A stretch of 63,827 nucleotides of DNA, counting the filler, from Chiloscyllium plagiosum (lineage: Eukaryota), in assembly GCF_004010195.1 (NCBI RefSeq). It is 3 parts of one record of this genome, joined end to end, with 100 filler letters (N's around TTAATTAATTAA, not from the genome) between each part and the next. Parts side by side here need not be neighbours in the genome. Positions count along the whole stretch, not along the records: positions 1 to 20,525 come from NC_057717.1; positions 20,626 to 46,832 come from NC_057717.1; 1 more part is not named here. One strand, written 5' to 3'. Positions within the stretch are counted from its first letter, which is position 1. Each line of letters starts with the position of its first letter. The notes beneath the pieces are model-generated. The model worked only from the letters and a program-made list of their open reading frames with translations, had not been told where the DNA came from and ran no database searches. Both the position numbers and the translations under genes were made by a program. Positions 12,655 to 26,099 of this stretch are shown here, in pieces.

Positions 12655-13415
12655 CTCAGGACACCAGGTTATTGTCCAACAGGTTGAATCGGAAGGACTA
12701 GATTTCGGAGCGCTGCTCCTTCATCAGATTGCTGTGGAGTATAAGATAGCAAAAGTTTAAGAGTGATTTAACTGAAATAGTATATTGAAAAATACCTGGA
12801 TAATTTGTTAACTCTCTTATCTTTTAGAATGCCAATGTTGCTTTCAGTTATTTCATATGTAAAATCGCTGAAAATATTTTAAAGTTGCATTCTCAAGTGA
12901 ACTTTAACAATATGTGCCATCTCAGCGCAGATAATGCGTTGAAAGTTTGAGGTACCCTGTGTGAGGCTACCTGTGTCCCAATGTTCAGACTGAATGTAAT
13001 ATTCAAAGGGGATTAACAGAATCTTACATGGATTCATGCTGTTTTTAAGCAAAGTAAAGCATAATTCTGCAAGTACAAATTCACCTCACAAATGTATATA
13101 TGTGTGTGTGTGAAAATGTGGCTGTGTGTGTTGGGGGGCATGAGTGTCTGTGAAAGAGTGTGTGCATGTGCATATGCGTGAGTGTGAGTGTAAAGGAGTT
13201 TTACGGGCGTGAGAGAGTTTGCTATGGGTGTGAGTATGGGAGTGTATGTGTGATCGTATGAGAGAGGGGAGTGTGTGTGCCTGTGCGATGGAGAGAATGT
13301 GCGTGATTGTCCCCGTGTGTGTCTGTGTGTGTGAGAGAGAGAGTGAGAGGCAAAGAGACAGTGAGTGTGTGCATGTGTATGTGTGTGTGGATGCGTGTGT
13401 GTGTGTGTGTGCAGT
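12655..13415 (-). mobile_element. PLE pLTR-like unit, copy 1: (CA)n-rich tract, ~370-bp body, hammerhead
   Basis: Minus strand 12728-12696 reads CTGATGA-a-ggagc(agc)gctcc-GAAA-tcta. Body aligns by eye with 13560-14480. Confidence 0.7.
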
Positions 13416-13554
13416 GCAATGGGTTCACCTCCAGCATGGACCCAACGTCCTTTTGAAACTATACCTATCGGAACCAAACTTGGTTATCAGCCTCTCTCCG
13501 TTGAAAACAATGGTTTGGTAATGCCGTTGTTGGACTGGGTGAAAGTTTACAAAA

Positions 13555-14480
13555 ATAAAAATCGCATAACACCTGGTTGCAGTTCAACTGGTTTAATTAA
13601 ATGCACTTGCCTTCGGAGTGCTGCTCCTTCATCAGGTAGTTGTGGAGTAAAAGTTTGCAAGACACAGAATTTACAGCAATATTTTACAGTGTGATGTAAC
13701 TGGATTTGTATATTGAAAAAACAACTGATTTTTAAAAAAGTCTCTCGTCTGTTAGAATGAACATGTTGCTTTCAGTTCTTCCATCGGTGAAATGCAAAAC
13801 TTTTATAAAAATTACATTCGCAAGTGGAATGTATCAATTGTTGTCATGATGCGGTTCGCACTGCTGCCTCAAAGCACGAGGGTTCCAGGTTCTATTCTGG
13901 TCTCGGGTGGCTGTCTATGTGGAGTTTGTGTATTCTTCCCATGTCTGCTTGGTTTCCTCTCCGTGCTCCGGTTTCCTCCCACAATCCAAAGATGTGCAGG
14001 TCAGGTGAATTGGTCTTGTTAAATTGCCACAGTGTTAGATACATTAGTCAGAGCGACATGGGTCTGGGCGGGTTACTCTTCGGAGGGTCGGCGTGGAATT
14101 GTTGCTCACATATGCGTTAATGGTATGACCTTACTTGTGTGAGGCTATCTGTGCCACATTGGTCAGACTGATTCTGAACTACAAAGGGGATTTATGGCAT
14201 CTTACAAGGAATCATGACTTTTTGGACCAAGTAAAATGTAATTCTGAAAATGCAGATTAACCCGAGAAACGTATGTGTGTGTGTGTGTCTGTGTACCTGT
14301 GTGTGCATGTATGTGGTGGAGGAGTGATTATGTGTGACAGTGAGACAGATTTTGTGATGATGTGTGATTGTGAGTGTAAAGGGGTATAACTCTGTGAGAG
14401 TGTGCGTGTTTGAGTGTGGGTGTGTATGTGTCAGCGTATAAGAGAGGTTTTGCGTGAGTGTGTGTGTTTGTAAGTGGGTT
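13555..14480 (-). mobile_element. PLE pLTR-like unit, copy 2 (interrupted by a SINE)
   Basis: Minus strand 13637-13604 reads cCTGATGAaggagcagcactccGAAGgcaagtg (degenerate hammerhead). Same body blocks (tgttgctttcagtt, tgtgtgaggcta, caaagggga) and TG-rich tract as copy 1. Confidence 0.7.
13851..14105 (+). mobile_element. HE1-like tRNA-derived SINE (V-domain)
   Basis: cactgctgcctca, B-box-like ggttctattc and V-domain tgtggagtttg..ctccggtttcctcccacaatccaaagatgtgcagg. Confidence 0.85.
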
Positions 14481-14863
14481 TCAACATAATTTTGCCTTAA
14501 ATATAAGAAGAAACTTTTCAGTCTAGTGTTATAGAGTGTAAAGTAAAATATAGGTTGAGGAGAAATGAGTTGTAAATAGTTTTTGTATTTAATATTCTCT
14601 TTTTGGTTTACAGAATTAAAATATTAACTTTTTATTTTAAGTTGTGCCTTCTTGGACGCTTCTTTTTCTCTTCACATTTATCAGATTATGGTGCAACGTG
14701 AGATTCTCTGTGTCTTTTCAAAAATTAGCAGAGTGTTTTCATGTGCGCAGGTTCTCTCCTGCAATTTCGATACGATTAGGCAGATCCAGTCTGAGGTTTG
14801 GAAAAATTTCAATAGATGTGGAGTTCCAGACATGTCCAGTACATTAAGGCATTTTCAGGTTAG

Positions 14864-15450
14864 TGTTGCTGTGGAGAAATAATAGAGAACCAGCAGGTGA
14901 CGCAGAGAGTTGTTCAAGAAGTAGGTCTTTTATTTGCAAACAGAAAACCGTGTCACTGAGCAAGCAGATTCTCAAATGCCCGCGAACCTCAGGGTGCGTT
15001 GATTTTTGTTTTTTTTTGCCATGTTTTTGTTAGCTATTCAGCATATCCAACTATATTAATCAAAGTAGCTCACTCTAGCGACACAGTAATCCAGTGATGT
15101 TAGATGCTATTATCTCCTTCGTTGTACATTCTACTTAATGTTATTCTAATGCCACGGTTAGTTACTTCTTATCACTTCTACTACAGTGATCTTTCATTGC
15201 AGACGAACCTATCATGATATATATTTAGCTATTCCATCTAGTAAAATAGTCACCTGTTTCAATCTGACTCTACGAACTTTTAATTAGATATTTTAATATC
15301 ATGTTCCAAATATTTACTGCTCCAATCCTGTCATTACAACACTTCAAGATATTTTAATATCATGTTCCAAATATTTACTGTTCCAATCCTGTCATTACAA
15401 CACTTCACAGAGACATTTGCTTTATTACCTGTGTTATGGCATTTCTCCAT
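14864..15450 (-). mobile_element. Possible solo LTR
   Basis: Abrupt TG start and a minus-strand AATAAA ~65 bp from that end (cttttatttg). Far boundary and TSD not established. Confidence 0.3.
15286..15407. repeat. 61-bp tandem duplication
   Basis: agatattttaatatcatgttccaaatatttactg(c/t)tccaatcctgtcattacaacacttca x2 with one mismatch. Confidence 0.9.
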
Positions 15451-15699
15451 AATGGACGTTCAGACACAACCTCATTCTGCTAATTGGGGCAAGAATTGTT
15501 CACTGTGGTTATCCCATCCTGCCTTGCACAGAATACAAAATGCCAGTGTTTTTCATGCTTTAACCCTTCACATGCTTTCATGTTCTTCATTTTCCATCGT
15601 ATCCTCCATTTTTAAAGAAAACGTAGGTGGGACAATTTGTTTAATTTTGGTTACTTATGGTTGGTTAATTTAAAAGTGACAGAAATATCTGTTAAAATT

Positions 15700-16800
15700 G
15701 GTGAAGTGTATCTGAGGTTTTAACATGATTCCAAGTTTACCAAGAACATTTGGAAGGAAAAAAAACATACTCTAAGAATTACAAACAAAGGTTAGAATTT
15801 GGTTTAACCAAGGACAAAAGCAAAGCTGAAATTGTCAGGGAATCGCTCAAACACTTAGATGTCAGAGAAACAGACGTGTGCAGTCAACTAAGAAAAACCA
15901 TAAATTACAATTGCGGAAAATTTTGTTAGATGATAATGAAAAAGAGAATAAAGGGAGACAGAAAGACAGAGAGAACAAAGAGTGAGAGAAAGACAGAGGA
16001 ATTTTTCACTGAGCAAACCAGAGAGAATTTGAACTTGCGAAGTTACATCTTCATTATCAGGGTCAAGTTAACAGGATGGAGATTAGAAGACAAGTTAGTG
16101 ATACATATAAATATTTCTAATTTCAGCCAAATTTTGATGAGAGAGATACAGAAAAGTTGGCGAGGCAGGTGGCGTGGTCACAGTATTTACGGATCATGCT
16201 CGTTCAGACTAAACTGGTAGCTAGGACTCGTGAAGCATTTGCCGCTCTGTCACTTGCGACAACAAGAGATTACAAAGAGGTCAAACAGGATACTTTAAGT
16301 GCTTATGAATTGCTACCAGAAGCGCATAACCAGCGTTTCAGAAGCATGAAGATGGGATTAGGTCAGAATTATGTTGGGTTTGAAGGAATTAAACACAGTC
16401 ATTTCGAATAATGGGCGATGGCATTAAAGATAAGTAAGATCTATGAGGTTCAAAGAGAGCTGGAGGAGTTGAAAATCCATATGGAGCATTCCTGTGGAGC
16501 AACAGAAATTTCAGAATTTTCCAAAAGCATCACGTCAATCACGGTATAAAAGAAGACGGAGAATACTACTGAGGGTAACTATCAGAAAGCTGGAAGCTTG
16601 AGACTGAAATAGAGCCTGTGTCAGGGTAATGCAGAACAGAAAATGGTCCAAAATGCAGTAGATTTTGTAGTCTGTGTATTACAGAGTGGAACTGTTAGAG
16701 GTAGAATATGAACTATATGTAGGTTACAGATAGAGTCATATTCCCCTCACGCTCTCATTCAAATCAATTACATTTACTCGGAAAGGTTGAGGACACAGCA
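15700..16800 (+). mobile_element. Gypsy (Gmr1-like) gag remnant
   Basis: ORF 16157-16411 (QTKLVARTREAFAALS..DYKEVKQDTLSAYELLPEAHNQRFR) is homologous to the minus-strand gag at ~3000. Confidence 0.75.
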
Positions 16801-16809
16801 CGGTTTCTT

Positions 16810-19690
16810 GTGCCACTCCACTTGTCACAGGCCTCCAGTATGAAAAACAACCACACTCTGTCTTCTACCTTTACGCCAGTTCTGTATTCAAATGTCTAGT
16901 TCTCCCTGTATTCTGGGAAATCCAACCATGCTAACCATTGTCCCATGGGGGACAGTGTCGAACGCCTCACGAAGGGCCATATAGATCCCATCTTTCATTC
17001 TGCCCTCATCAATCATCTTTGTTACTTCCTCGAAAAACTCAATCAATTTTGTGGGACATGATTTCCCACCCACAAAGCCAAGTTGACGGTCCCTAATCAG
17101 TCATTTCATGTCCAAATGCATGTTTATCCTGTCCCTCAGGATTCCCTACAACAACTTGCCCACCACCAATGTCAGGTTCACTGGCTGATAGTTCCCTGGC
17201 TTGTCCTTACCATCCTTCTCAAACAGTGGCACCACGTTAGCCAACCTCCACTCTTCTGGCACCTCACGTGTGACTATTGATGATACAAATATATCACCAA
17301 GATTCCCAGCCATCACTTCTCTAGCTTCCCATAGGGTTCTAGGTGATACCTGACCCTGGCAAAGTATCAATCTTTGTGCGTTTCAAGTCATCCAGCACAT
17401 ACCCCTCTGTAACATGGACATTTTTCAAGGTGTCACCATCTTTTTTCCGAACATTCGATGTCTTCCATGTCCTTCACTACTGTAAATAGTGATACAAAAT
17501 ACTCGTTAGTGTATATCCCAATTTCAGCGACTGCACACAAAGTTTGCCTTGCTGTTCTTTTAGCGGCACTATTCTCTCCCTGTTACACATTTGCTCTTAA
17601 TGTATTTGTAGAAATACTTTGGGTTGTCCTTAAATCTATTTGCCAAAGCAATCTCATGTCCACTTTTACGAGCCTGATTTACCTCTTAACTATACTCCTG
17701 CAATTTTATGTTCTTCTGAGCATTCACTCGATCTATCCTGTCTGTACCCTAACATATGCTTTCGTCTTTTTCTTAACCAAACCCTCAATTTCTTTCGTCA
17801 TCCAGCATTCCCTATACCTATCAGTCTTTCCTTACACCCGAACAGGAATATACAGTCGCTGGATTCTCGTTATCTCATTCCTGAAGGGATTCCCATTTTC
17901 CAACCGTCCCTTTACTTGTGGACATCTGTCCCCAATTAGCTCTTGAAAGTTGTTGCCTAATATCGCCAACATTGGCCTTCCTCCAATTTAGTACTTCCAC
18001 TTTTAGATCTGGTCGCTCATTTTCCTTCAGTATTTTCAATTTAATTAAATTATGATCGCTGCCCCAATGTGCTCCCCCACTGACAGCTCAGTAACCTGCC
18101 CTGTCTTATTTACCAAACGTGGTTCAAGTATTGCACCTTCTCTAGTTGGTACCTCCACATATTGATACAGAAAATTTTCTTGTACACACCTAACAAATTC
18201 CTCTCCATCTAAACCCTTAACACTATGCAGTTCCAGTTTATGTTTGGAAAGTGAAAATCCCCCACCATAACCACGTTATTATTCTTACAGACAGCGTAGA
18301 TCTCCTTACAAGTGTTTTCTCAATATCCCTCCGACTATTAGGGAATTTGTAAAAAAGTCCCAATAAGGTGATCATCCCTTTCTTATTACTCAGTTCCACT
18401 CAAATAACTTCACGGGATGTATTTTCCAGGAATATCTTCCCTCAATACAGCTATAATGCTATCCCTTATCAAAACGCCACTCCCCCTCCTCTCTTGCCTC
18501 CCTTTCTATTCTTCCTGCAGCATTTCTATCCTGGAATATTAAGCTGCCAGTCCTGCCTATCCCTGAGCCAAATTTCTGTAATTGCTATGATATTCCAGTC
18601 CCATGTTCCTAACCATGCCCTGAGTTCATCTGCCTTCCATGTTGGGTTCTTTGCTTTGAAATAATTGCAGTTTAATTTATTAGTCCTGCCTTGTCCCTTC
18701 CTGCCTGACTGTTTGACTCGCTTCTGTTCTCAACTGTTCCAGTCTCAGATTGATCTCTTTCCTCACTATCTCCCTGTGTCCCACCCACCCACCTTACTAA
18801 TTTACATCTTTCCGAGCAGCTCTAGCAAATTTCCCTGCCAGTTCATTAGTCACCTTTCAATTTAAGTGTCATCAGTCCTTCTTGTACAGGTCATCGGCAC
18901 CCCAAAAGAGATCACAATGATCCAAATGCGTGAATCCTTCTCCCATACACCAGCACATCAACCAGGATTTCACCAGCTTCATCTTTCTCTTCCCGTCCTC
19001 ACTTGCTCATAGCACCGGGAGTAATCCAGATATTTCTACTCTCGAAGTCCCCCTTCTAAAATTCCTGAATAACTCTCTGTATTCTTCCTTCAGAATCTCA
19101 ACCTTTTCCCTTCATATGTCGTTGGTTCCAATGTAGACAATGACTTCTTTTTGCCCCGTCTCCCCCTTGAGAACATTCTGCATCCTTTCTGAGACATCCT
19201 TGATCCCTGGCCCCAGGGACTCAACACACCATTCTGACTTATTGCTGCTGGCCACAGAAATATCTGCCTGTATGTCAGACTAGAGAATCGACTAACACAA
19301 TTGATCTCTTGCAACCCGACGTGCCCCTCGTTGCATTAGAGCAAGTTTCAAAAGCAGAAACGTGGGTGTTCGTGCTACGTTCCCTTGTCAATCGATCACC
19401 CCCTACATTTTCCAAGTCAGCATACTGGTTTGAAATGTGGATAACCATAGAAGACTCCTGCACCAGCTGCATACCTCTCGTAACTTTCCTTGAGTTAACC
19501 CATCTATGTGACTGTATCTGAGACCTTCCTATAACTATCTTTAATCACATACTGTTGCAGTTGCATACTCCTCAATGCCTCCAACTGTCTCTCCAAACAG
19601 TCAATTAGATCTGATAGAATTCGCAACAGTATTTATTGCAGATATAATCTCCAGTTATCCTTAAACTCTCTTTAATCTATCACTTCATAC
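16810..19690 (-). mobile_element. CR1 LINE 5' portion: ORF1 (esterase-like), APE endonuclease, start of RT
   Basis: SIVLVDSLV (GDS-like esterase motif, ~19290), VPEEWRLANVVPLFEKDGKDKPGNYQPVNLT and KSCPTKLIEFFEEVT. Confidence 0.9.
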
Positions 19691-20104
19691 ATCGCTGACC
19701 ATCGAAGTGCGACTGGGAAGTTAATAACTGATCTTGGAGGACATACAGAGAATGTTCACCTGAATGTAACCTGGAATGACGATATTGACCTGTAAGTGAA
19801 GACTAAGTAGATGTAGATTGTTTTCCATTGAGCAGAGATTACTGAGGGCGGGGCAAACATGATTCAGGTGCATATGATTCTAAGGCTCTTGGACAATGCG
19901 AATGTAATGCAAGCATTCCGCTTGAATCAGGAGTTATTCATGAGGCATCGTAACCTTTGGCAATGATTCAGAAGGAATTTAGTTACAAAAATTCTTTTTC
20001 ACTCAGCATGTGGTGAAAAACTACTTTTGAAGTTACTGATGGCCTGAACGTTGACAAAAATCTTTGCATAACAGCATGAAATATGATAATGTTCAAGGAT
20101 ATGA

Positions 20105-20400
20105 GCGGCATTGTGGTTCAATTTTTACCTCAAAGCATTGGCAAGTTCGATTCAACTCCAGACTCGGGCAAATGTTTGTGCAGAAATTGCACATTTTCCC
20201 CACATCTGCGTGGGTTGCCTTCCCATTTTCTTTTTACGTCAAACTGCCCAAATGTGTGCAGTTTAGGTGGATTCGCCAAGCTGAATTATCCATAATGTCC
20301 AGTGGAGTGTGGGTTAAGTTGATTACCTTCAAAAGGTCCAGGGGCATTGGATGAGTCATTGGAGACTCCGTGTGGACCTGTTTGCAGTTTTAGCACACTT
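20105..20400 (+). mobile_element. Old HE1-like SINE
   Basis: Degraded A/B boxes and tgcacattttccccacatctgcgtgggtt V-domain. Confidence 0.6.
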
Positions 20401-20525
20401 TCAATGGTCGATATGTCGGTATAGAATCAATATTTTCTGCACCAATTGAATTTATGAGATTAAAAATGCGTCCTGTATTCACATTCAAATCATTTATGTA
20501 AATGACAAAACACAGTGGACCCCCC

Positions 20526-20625
20526 NNNNNNNNNNNNNNNNNNNNNNNNNNNNNNNNNNNNNNNNNNNNTTAATTAATTAANNNNNNNNNNNNNNNNNNN
20601 NNNNNNNNNNNNNNNNNNNNNNNNN
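20526..20625. other. Artificial scaffold linker N44-TTAATTAATTAA-N44
   Basis: Exactly 100 nt. The central palindrome has stops in all six frames. Identical structure at 46833-46932. Confidence 0.9.
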
Positions 20626-20649
20626 AGAGTGAGAGAGACAGAGAGAGAG

Positions 20650-21860
20650 AGACTGAGAGAGATAATGGGACTTTGCTTAGGTGAGCCGAGGAGTGGCAGA
20701 TGGAGTTTATTTTATATAAATGAGAGGTGTTGCATTTTGGCAAGACAAATCAAGGCAAGACATGTAGGTAGGGCCCTGTCGAAAGCTGCCAATCAAGGAG
20801 AACTCCATAGAAAGTATCGAATCCCTACAGTGAGGAAACAGCCTATTCGGCCCATCGAATCCACACGGAACCTCTAAACAGTATCCCACTGGACAAACCC
20901 CTACCCTATCCCTCTGAGCCTGCATTTTCCATAATCCAACTCGCCTACACGTCCCTGGGTACTTTACGCAATTCAGCATGGCCAATCTACACTAATCTGT
21001 AAATCTTTACACTGTCGGAGGAGAACATAACATCCGGAGGAAACTCATTCAGACACGGGGAGAATGTGCAAATTCCACACAGGCAGTCATTCAAGGATGG
21101 AATTAAACCCAGATCGCTCTGCTCTGAAGCAGCAATGCTAGTCCCTGAGCTACTGTGTCACCTTGTGGTGCAGGTTTTCCGTTCCTTGAAAGTGCGGTCA
21201 CAGGTAGACAGCGCAGTGAAGAAGGCACTTGGTGATCTTCCCTTTATTGGTCCGTGCCTTGAGTCTAAACATTTTCTCGACGTGTTGCATCTGTACAGGA
21301 CATTGGTTTGGACACTTTAGTAATACTGCCTTTAATTCTGGTCTCCCTGCTGTCGGAAAGACGTTGTCAAACTTAAAAGGGTACAGAAGAGATTTTTTAA
21401 AATGTTGCAGCTGTAGGAGGGTTAGAGTTACAGGGAGAGTTTGAATAGGCTGGGACTATTTTCAAGTGTTGAGGCTGAGGAGGGACCTTAAAGAGATATA
21501 TAAAATCATGAGGGGAATAGATAAAGTAAACAGTCAACGTCTTTTCCCAGGATAGGCGAGTCCAAAATTAGAAAACAAAGGTTTAAGTTGAGAGGAGAAA
21601 GATTTAAATAGGGACATAAGGGACAACATTTTCACACAGAGACTGCTCCGTGTATGGATCGAACAGCCAAAAGAAGTGGTGGAGGCAGGTACAGTTACAC
21701 CATTTAAAAGGCATTTGGATGGATACATGCATGGGAGATATTTAGAGGGAGATGGGCTATGTGATGGCAAGGGGAACGAGATTTATTTAGAATATTTGGT
21801 CGGCATGGACGACCGGACTGAAGGATCTTTTTACGTGCTGTACATCTATGAGACTCTATT
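20650..21860 (+). mobile_element. CR1 3' region split by the SINE
   Basis: VRSQVDSAVKKALG..LYRTLVWTL, VEAGTVTPFKRHLDGYM and CR1 3' UTR. Confidence 0.85.
20815..21162 (-). mobile_element. HE1-like SINE inserted in a CR1
   Basis: Reverse-strand CR1-derived tail (ggaaacagcctattcggccc) and V-domain (cagacacggggagaatgtgcaaattccacac). Confidence 0.85.
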
Positions 21861-22094
21861 GCCACTTGAGTGGAGAACACAGGAACAGGAGGAGGCTATT
21901 CTGCTTCTGAATTCTGTCAGTCAGCTTGTTTGCTCAATTACTGAGAGTAAAATACAAAAATACATCATTCAGATTTTGATGGTGTTTTACAGAAACAGGA
22001 GAAAAGCTTTTCGTCAAGAGAAGCTGTAAGGAATGTGAAGAGGCCATTTAGTCCCTCAATTCCATTCCACAGGAGCTACAGGTGAGCACAGAGC

Positions 22095-22375
22095 TATTGG
22101 AGCCTGTTACACAGGAACAGGAGGAGGACATCTATTTTCACAGACTTGGGATCAGGAAGCAGTCATTCAACTGCTTGAGACTGGGACACAGGAACAGGAG
22201 GCAGTCATTCAACTGCTCGAGGCTGGGACACAGGAACAGGAGGGAGTCACTCAACTGCTTGAGACTGGGACACGGGAACAGGAGGCCGTCACTCAACTGC
22301 TCGAGACTGGGACACAGGGAAATCTGTAGGCTAGTGAGGCCCCAGGGTCCTGTTACGCAGGAACAGGAGGCGGTG
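22095..22375. repeat. Minisatellite, ~42-bp unit, ~4 good copies plus partial ones
   Basis: aggaacaggaggcagtcattcaactgct(t/c)gagactgggacac repeated. Confidence 0.85.
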
Positions 22376-23209
22376 CCTCACTTCCCACCAGTATGGGACA
22401 TTGGGAGAGAAGGGGAGTTTGCTTGGAACAAACATAACTACGTGAACAAATTGCATTAGTGGTCCACTCAATCCTGCCCCATCATTCACGAAGACCACGG
22501 CTGATCTGATTGTGATTTCCTCATTCCATTTTACGGAGACTGTCCTCTCTGTAACCTCTGCTCCATTATTGGTTATGTTGCACACCCAGATGCTTTAACA
22601 ACAGTCACCATAACTCATCGAGAGGGTCGGGTCTAAGGATGAGTCAGGATTAGAAGTGTCCAATCACAAGAATGAAAACACAAAATAAAGGTATTGCCAG
22701 ATGTTTAATTCTTTCACATTCGCAATCCAACGCACATAAGCAGCCCATCCATAGTACATTCAGGATGGAACACTGTGTGGATATGGCTCGCGTACCGCTG
22801 AATGCAACCCAACAATATCAGAATGGAACTCTGTGCAGCCCACAACTATACTTGGTCTATAATCCTGGGATAAATGTCCAGCGTGGGGAGCTGTGCAGAC
22901 CGCACTGGTTCATTCATATATAAACACAGGTTGCTCCATTTATCCGTAAAACTGTGTTATATCACTGCCCAGTGTGGGGAAACTTGCAGCCCATGCTGGA
23001 AGTGACAGGATGTGCAACTCCCATCCAGTTACAGCTCCATATCTCCACTGTACTTTGACAAGTTTTGCTGCAGATGTGAAAATCATTGCAAGGGAGAGAT
23101 GTAAATGGAAACAGTTGAAATACCAATAATTCTGATTAAGGCGAGTATCACACAAGTATTTAAAGATGAAATAACTGAGATAATATCCGATGATGGTTTG
23201 TGAATAGTA

Positions 23210-25740
23210 CAAGGAAGTAAGAGGGGGATGGTAATGTTATAGTGGTTGCACTATAAGCCTCCAAATCATCAATGGGAATTATAGGAACAAATATGCAGGG
23301 AAACTGGTGAGAGTAGCAGGATCAATAGGATTGTCATAATAGGTGATTTAAATTTTCCTAATATAATCTGGGACATCCAGATGGTTAAGAACTTCGAAGG
23401 AACGTAATTTCTTAAATTTGTTCAGGAAAGTTTCCCAAGCAGTATATAATGGGTCCTACTCGGGAAGGGACAGACACGACCTACTGTTGGGAAAAAGGGA
23501 TGGATAGGTGACAGTGGTAAATTGGGGGAGTATTTTGAGAAAACTGGCTAGCGTTGTATTAATTTTAAAATAGTTATGGGAGGGTCAAACTTGGTCCACA
23601 GATTCAAGTTCTAAATTGTGGTGAGGCATATTTTGTTGGAATTAGACAGGGGATTGCAGGGGTTAATTGGAGTAGTTTGTTTTCAGGTAAAAGGGTGTTG
23701 GGCACGAGGGATGGCTGTAAAAGTGAGATAGCTCGAGTTAAAGGTTTACATGTTCCTGTGAGGGGGAAGGGAAAGTGAGTCTGGAAGAGAAAACCCTGGA
23801 TGACAAAAGATATTCAGGCTCTGACCAGCAAAATTGAGGCGTGGCTCAGGTACAGGCAGCTGGAATCAAGCGAATCCCTGCAGGTACACAGGGGATACTG
23901 GAGTTTAATGAAGAAGGAAATCAGGAAGGCGAAAAGGGAGTATGAGATAGCCTTGGCTGAGAAGATTAGGGTGAATCCAAATTCACTACAGTAAAGAAAA
24001 AGAACAACTGGAGAGAGAATAGGTCGCCTAAAAAACCAAAATAGGCATGCATGTGTAAAACCACAAGAGATGGGTGAGGTCCTCAATTTTCCCTCTGTGT
24101 TTAACATGAAGAAAGACATGAAGACCTGTGAACTTTGGGAGGTTAGTTGTGATATCTTGGTACAGTCCATACCACAGTAGAGATGCTGATGGACATATTA
24201 GAATGCGCAAAGTCAGATAAATCTCTTGGTCCTGACCAGATATATCCAAGAGCACTGCAAGAGGCGAGAGAAGACAGTTCAGGGGCCAAGGTCCCGGAAG
24301 TCGGGGCAGTAGCAAATGTTAGCTACTTCATGAAGTAGCCCTTCAAGAACGGCTGCAAATAAATGCCTGGGGAATATAGACCAGTAAGCTTCACATCTAT
24401 TTTTGGTAAACCACTTGAGAAGGTTCTGAGATATAAGATATGCATGCATTTGGAAAGACAGAGTTTGACTTGGAGCAGTCAGCATGGCGGATCATGCCTT
24501 ACAGATTCTGTTAGACATTTTTGAGGAGATGACCATGAACGTTGACGAGGGCAGGGCGGTGGACATAATCTAGATGGATTTCAGTAAGGCCTTTGGTAAG
24601 ATTCCACATGGAAGACCGCTCTAGAAGGTTAGATCGCATGGACTCCAAGGTAAACTGGCAATTTGGCGACACAATTGGTCTGACATTATGAAGCAAATGG
24701 CTATGGTGGTGGTATGCTTGTCGGACTGGAGGCCTGTGACTAGTGGAGTGCCTCAGGGGGAGGTACTGTCCCCATTGCTGTTTGTTATCTATATCAATGA
24801 TCTGGATGAGAGTGCACAACGCAAGGTTGGTACATTTGCAGATGACACTAAAATAGGAGGCATCGTTTACACTGAGGAACGTTATCAGAAATTGCAGCAG
24901 TACCTTGATCAGCTGGGGAAGTGGGCTGAGAAATAGCAAATGGAATTTAATAGAGATAAGTGTGAAGTCTTGCATTTTGGAAAGTCAAATTCAGGTGGGA
25001 GTTTAATGGTGAATGAGAAGGCCTTAAGGAGTGTAGTGGAACAAAAGGATGTTGGAAATCAGATGCACTATTGTCTGAATTTGAGTCGCAGATACACAGG
25101 ACAGTGAAGAAGGCTGTTGGAACACTGGCCTACATGAGGGCATTGAGTATAGAAGTTGGGACGTTATATTGCAGTTGTACAGGATGTTGGTAAGGCTGCA
25201 ATTAGAGCATTGGATTCAGTTTTGTTTACCTTGCCCTAGAAAGGATATTTTTGAACTAGACAAAATGCAGAAGAATTTGCAAAGATGTTTCCAGGGCTAA
25301 AAGGTCTGAGATATAGGGAGAAGTTGGACAGCTTAGAACATATTTCTTTACAGCGTAGAAAACTGGAGGGGATTATATAGATGTGTAGCTCTTATCAAAT
25401 CATGAGAGCCATGCATAGGGGTGAATATTTCTAGTTTTTTTGCAAGGTTGGGGAATCAAGGACTAGAGACCATCTGTTAATGTTTGGAGCAGAAAAAATA
25501 AAAAGGAACCTGAGGATCACCTTTTTTGCCCGGAGTGTGTTTTGCATATGGACTGAGCTGCCAGTGGAAGTGGTTGAGGTGGGTACAATAACAATATTGA
25601 AAAGGTATTTGGACAAATACATGGATAGGAAAGGAGCAAGGGCAGGGAAATGGGGTGAGTGTGGATGAACATTTTGGTCGGCATGTACCAGCTGAGCCGA
25701 AGGGCCTATTTCCATGCAGTGGAACCGTATGGCTGTAAAT
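23210..25740 (+). mobile_element. Degenerate CR1 LINE (endonuclease tail through 3' UTR)
   Basis: GDLNFP-like motif at ~23340 and WRPVTSGVPQGEVLSPLLFVIYINDLD..FADDTKIGG. Confidence 0.9.
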
Positions 25741-26099
25741 ACGTGTGTTTCGGGATAGAGACAGAGAGGGACATACTGAGAAAAAATGTCATGGAAAGAT
25801 ATGTTCCCAGGTTTCAGAATGCTGAAATGAAGACATTTTGATAGTATCATGCAACACGGTTCAGTATTATGAAGAATTATGAGATAATGGAATATTGCTG
25901 TGAGTTCAGGCGAGGGAGAGAGTTCTGCAGCTTTGTAATTGGGAATGAGGACAGCAGAGGCTTCGGCTCATTGAACTGTATAAAACAGTAATTTGTCTCA
26001 GTGTCATTTTCATTGAGTGTGACAGAGGGATTGTCTGCACGAGGCTGAGCTCGTTTCTTATCGAACTCACCTCATTAAATACCCCCCACCCCACCCACC

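Noticed and set aside
13034..13694. His/Thr- and Cys/Val-rich ORFs
   Set aside because: Translations of (CA)/(TG) microsatellite. The same applies to the ER/SL-rich ORFs at 26565-26859 and 43928-44634.
20570..20581. TTAATTAATTAA palindrome as a biological motif (e.g. piggyBac TTAA site)
   Set aside because: Centred in symmetric N44 runs and repeated identically, so it is a synthetic linker.
22082..22459. Regular ~42-bp repeats as a CRISPR array or repeat protein (125-aa ORF)
   Set aside because: Units are contiguous without unique spacers, there are no cas genes, and the context is eukaryotic. The ORF is a by-product of the unit length.
22560..23210. Apparently unique island as a possible exon
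   Set aside because: No convincing splice pair or recognisable protein in any frame.
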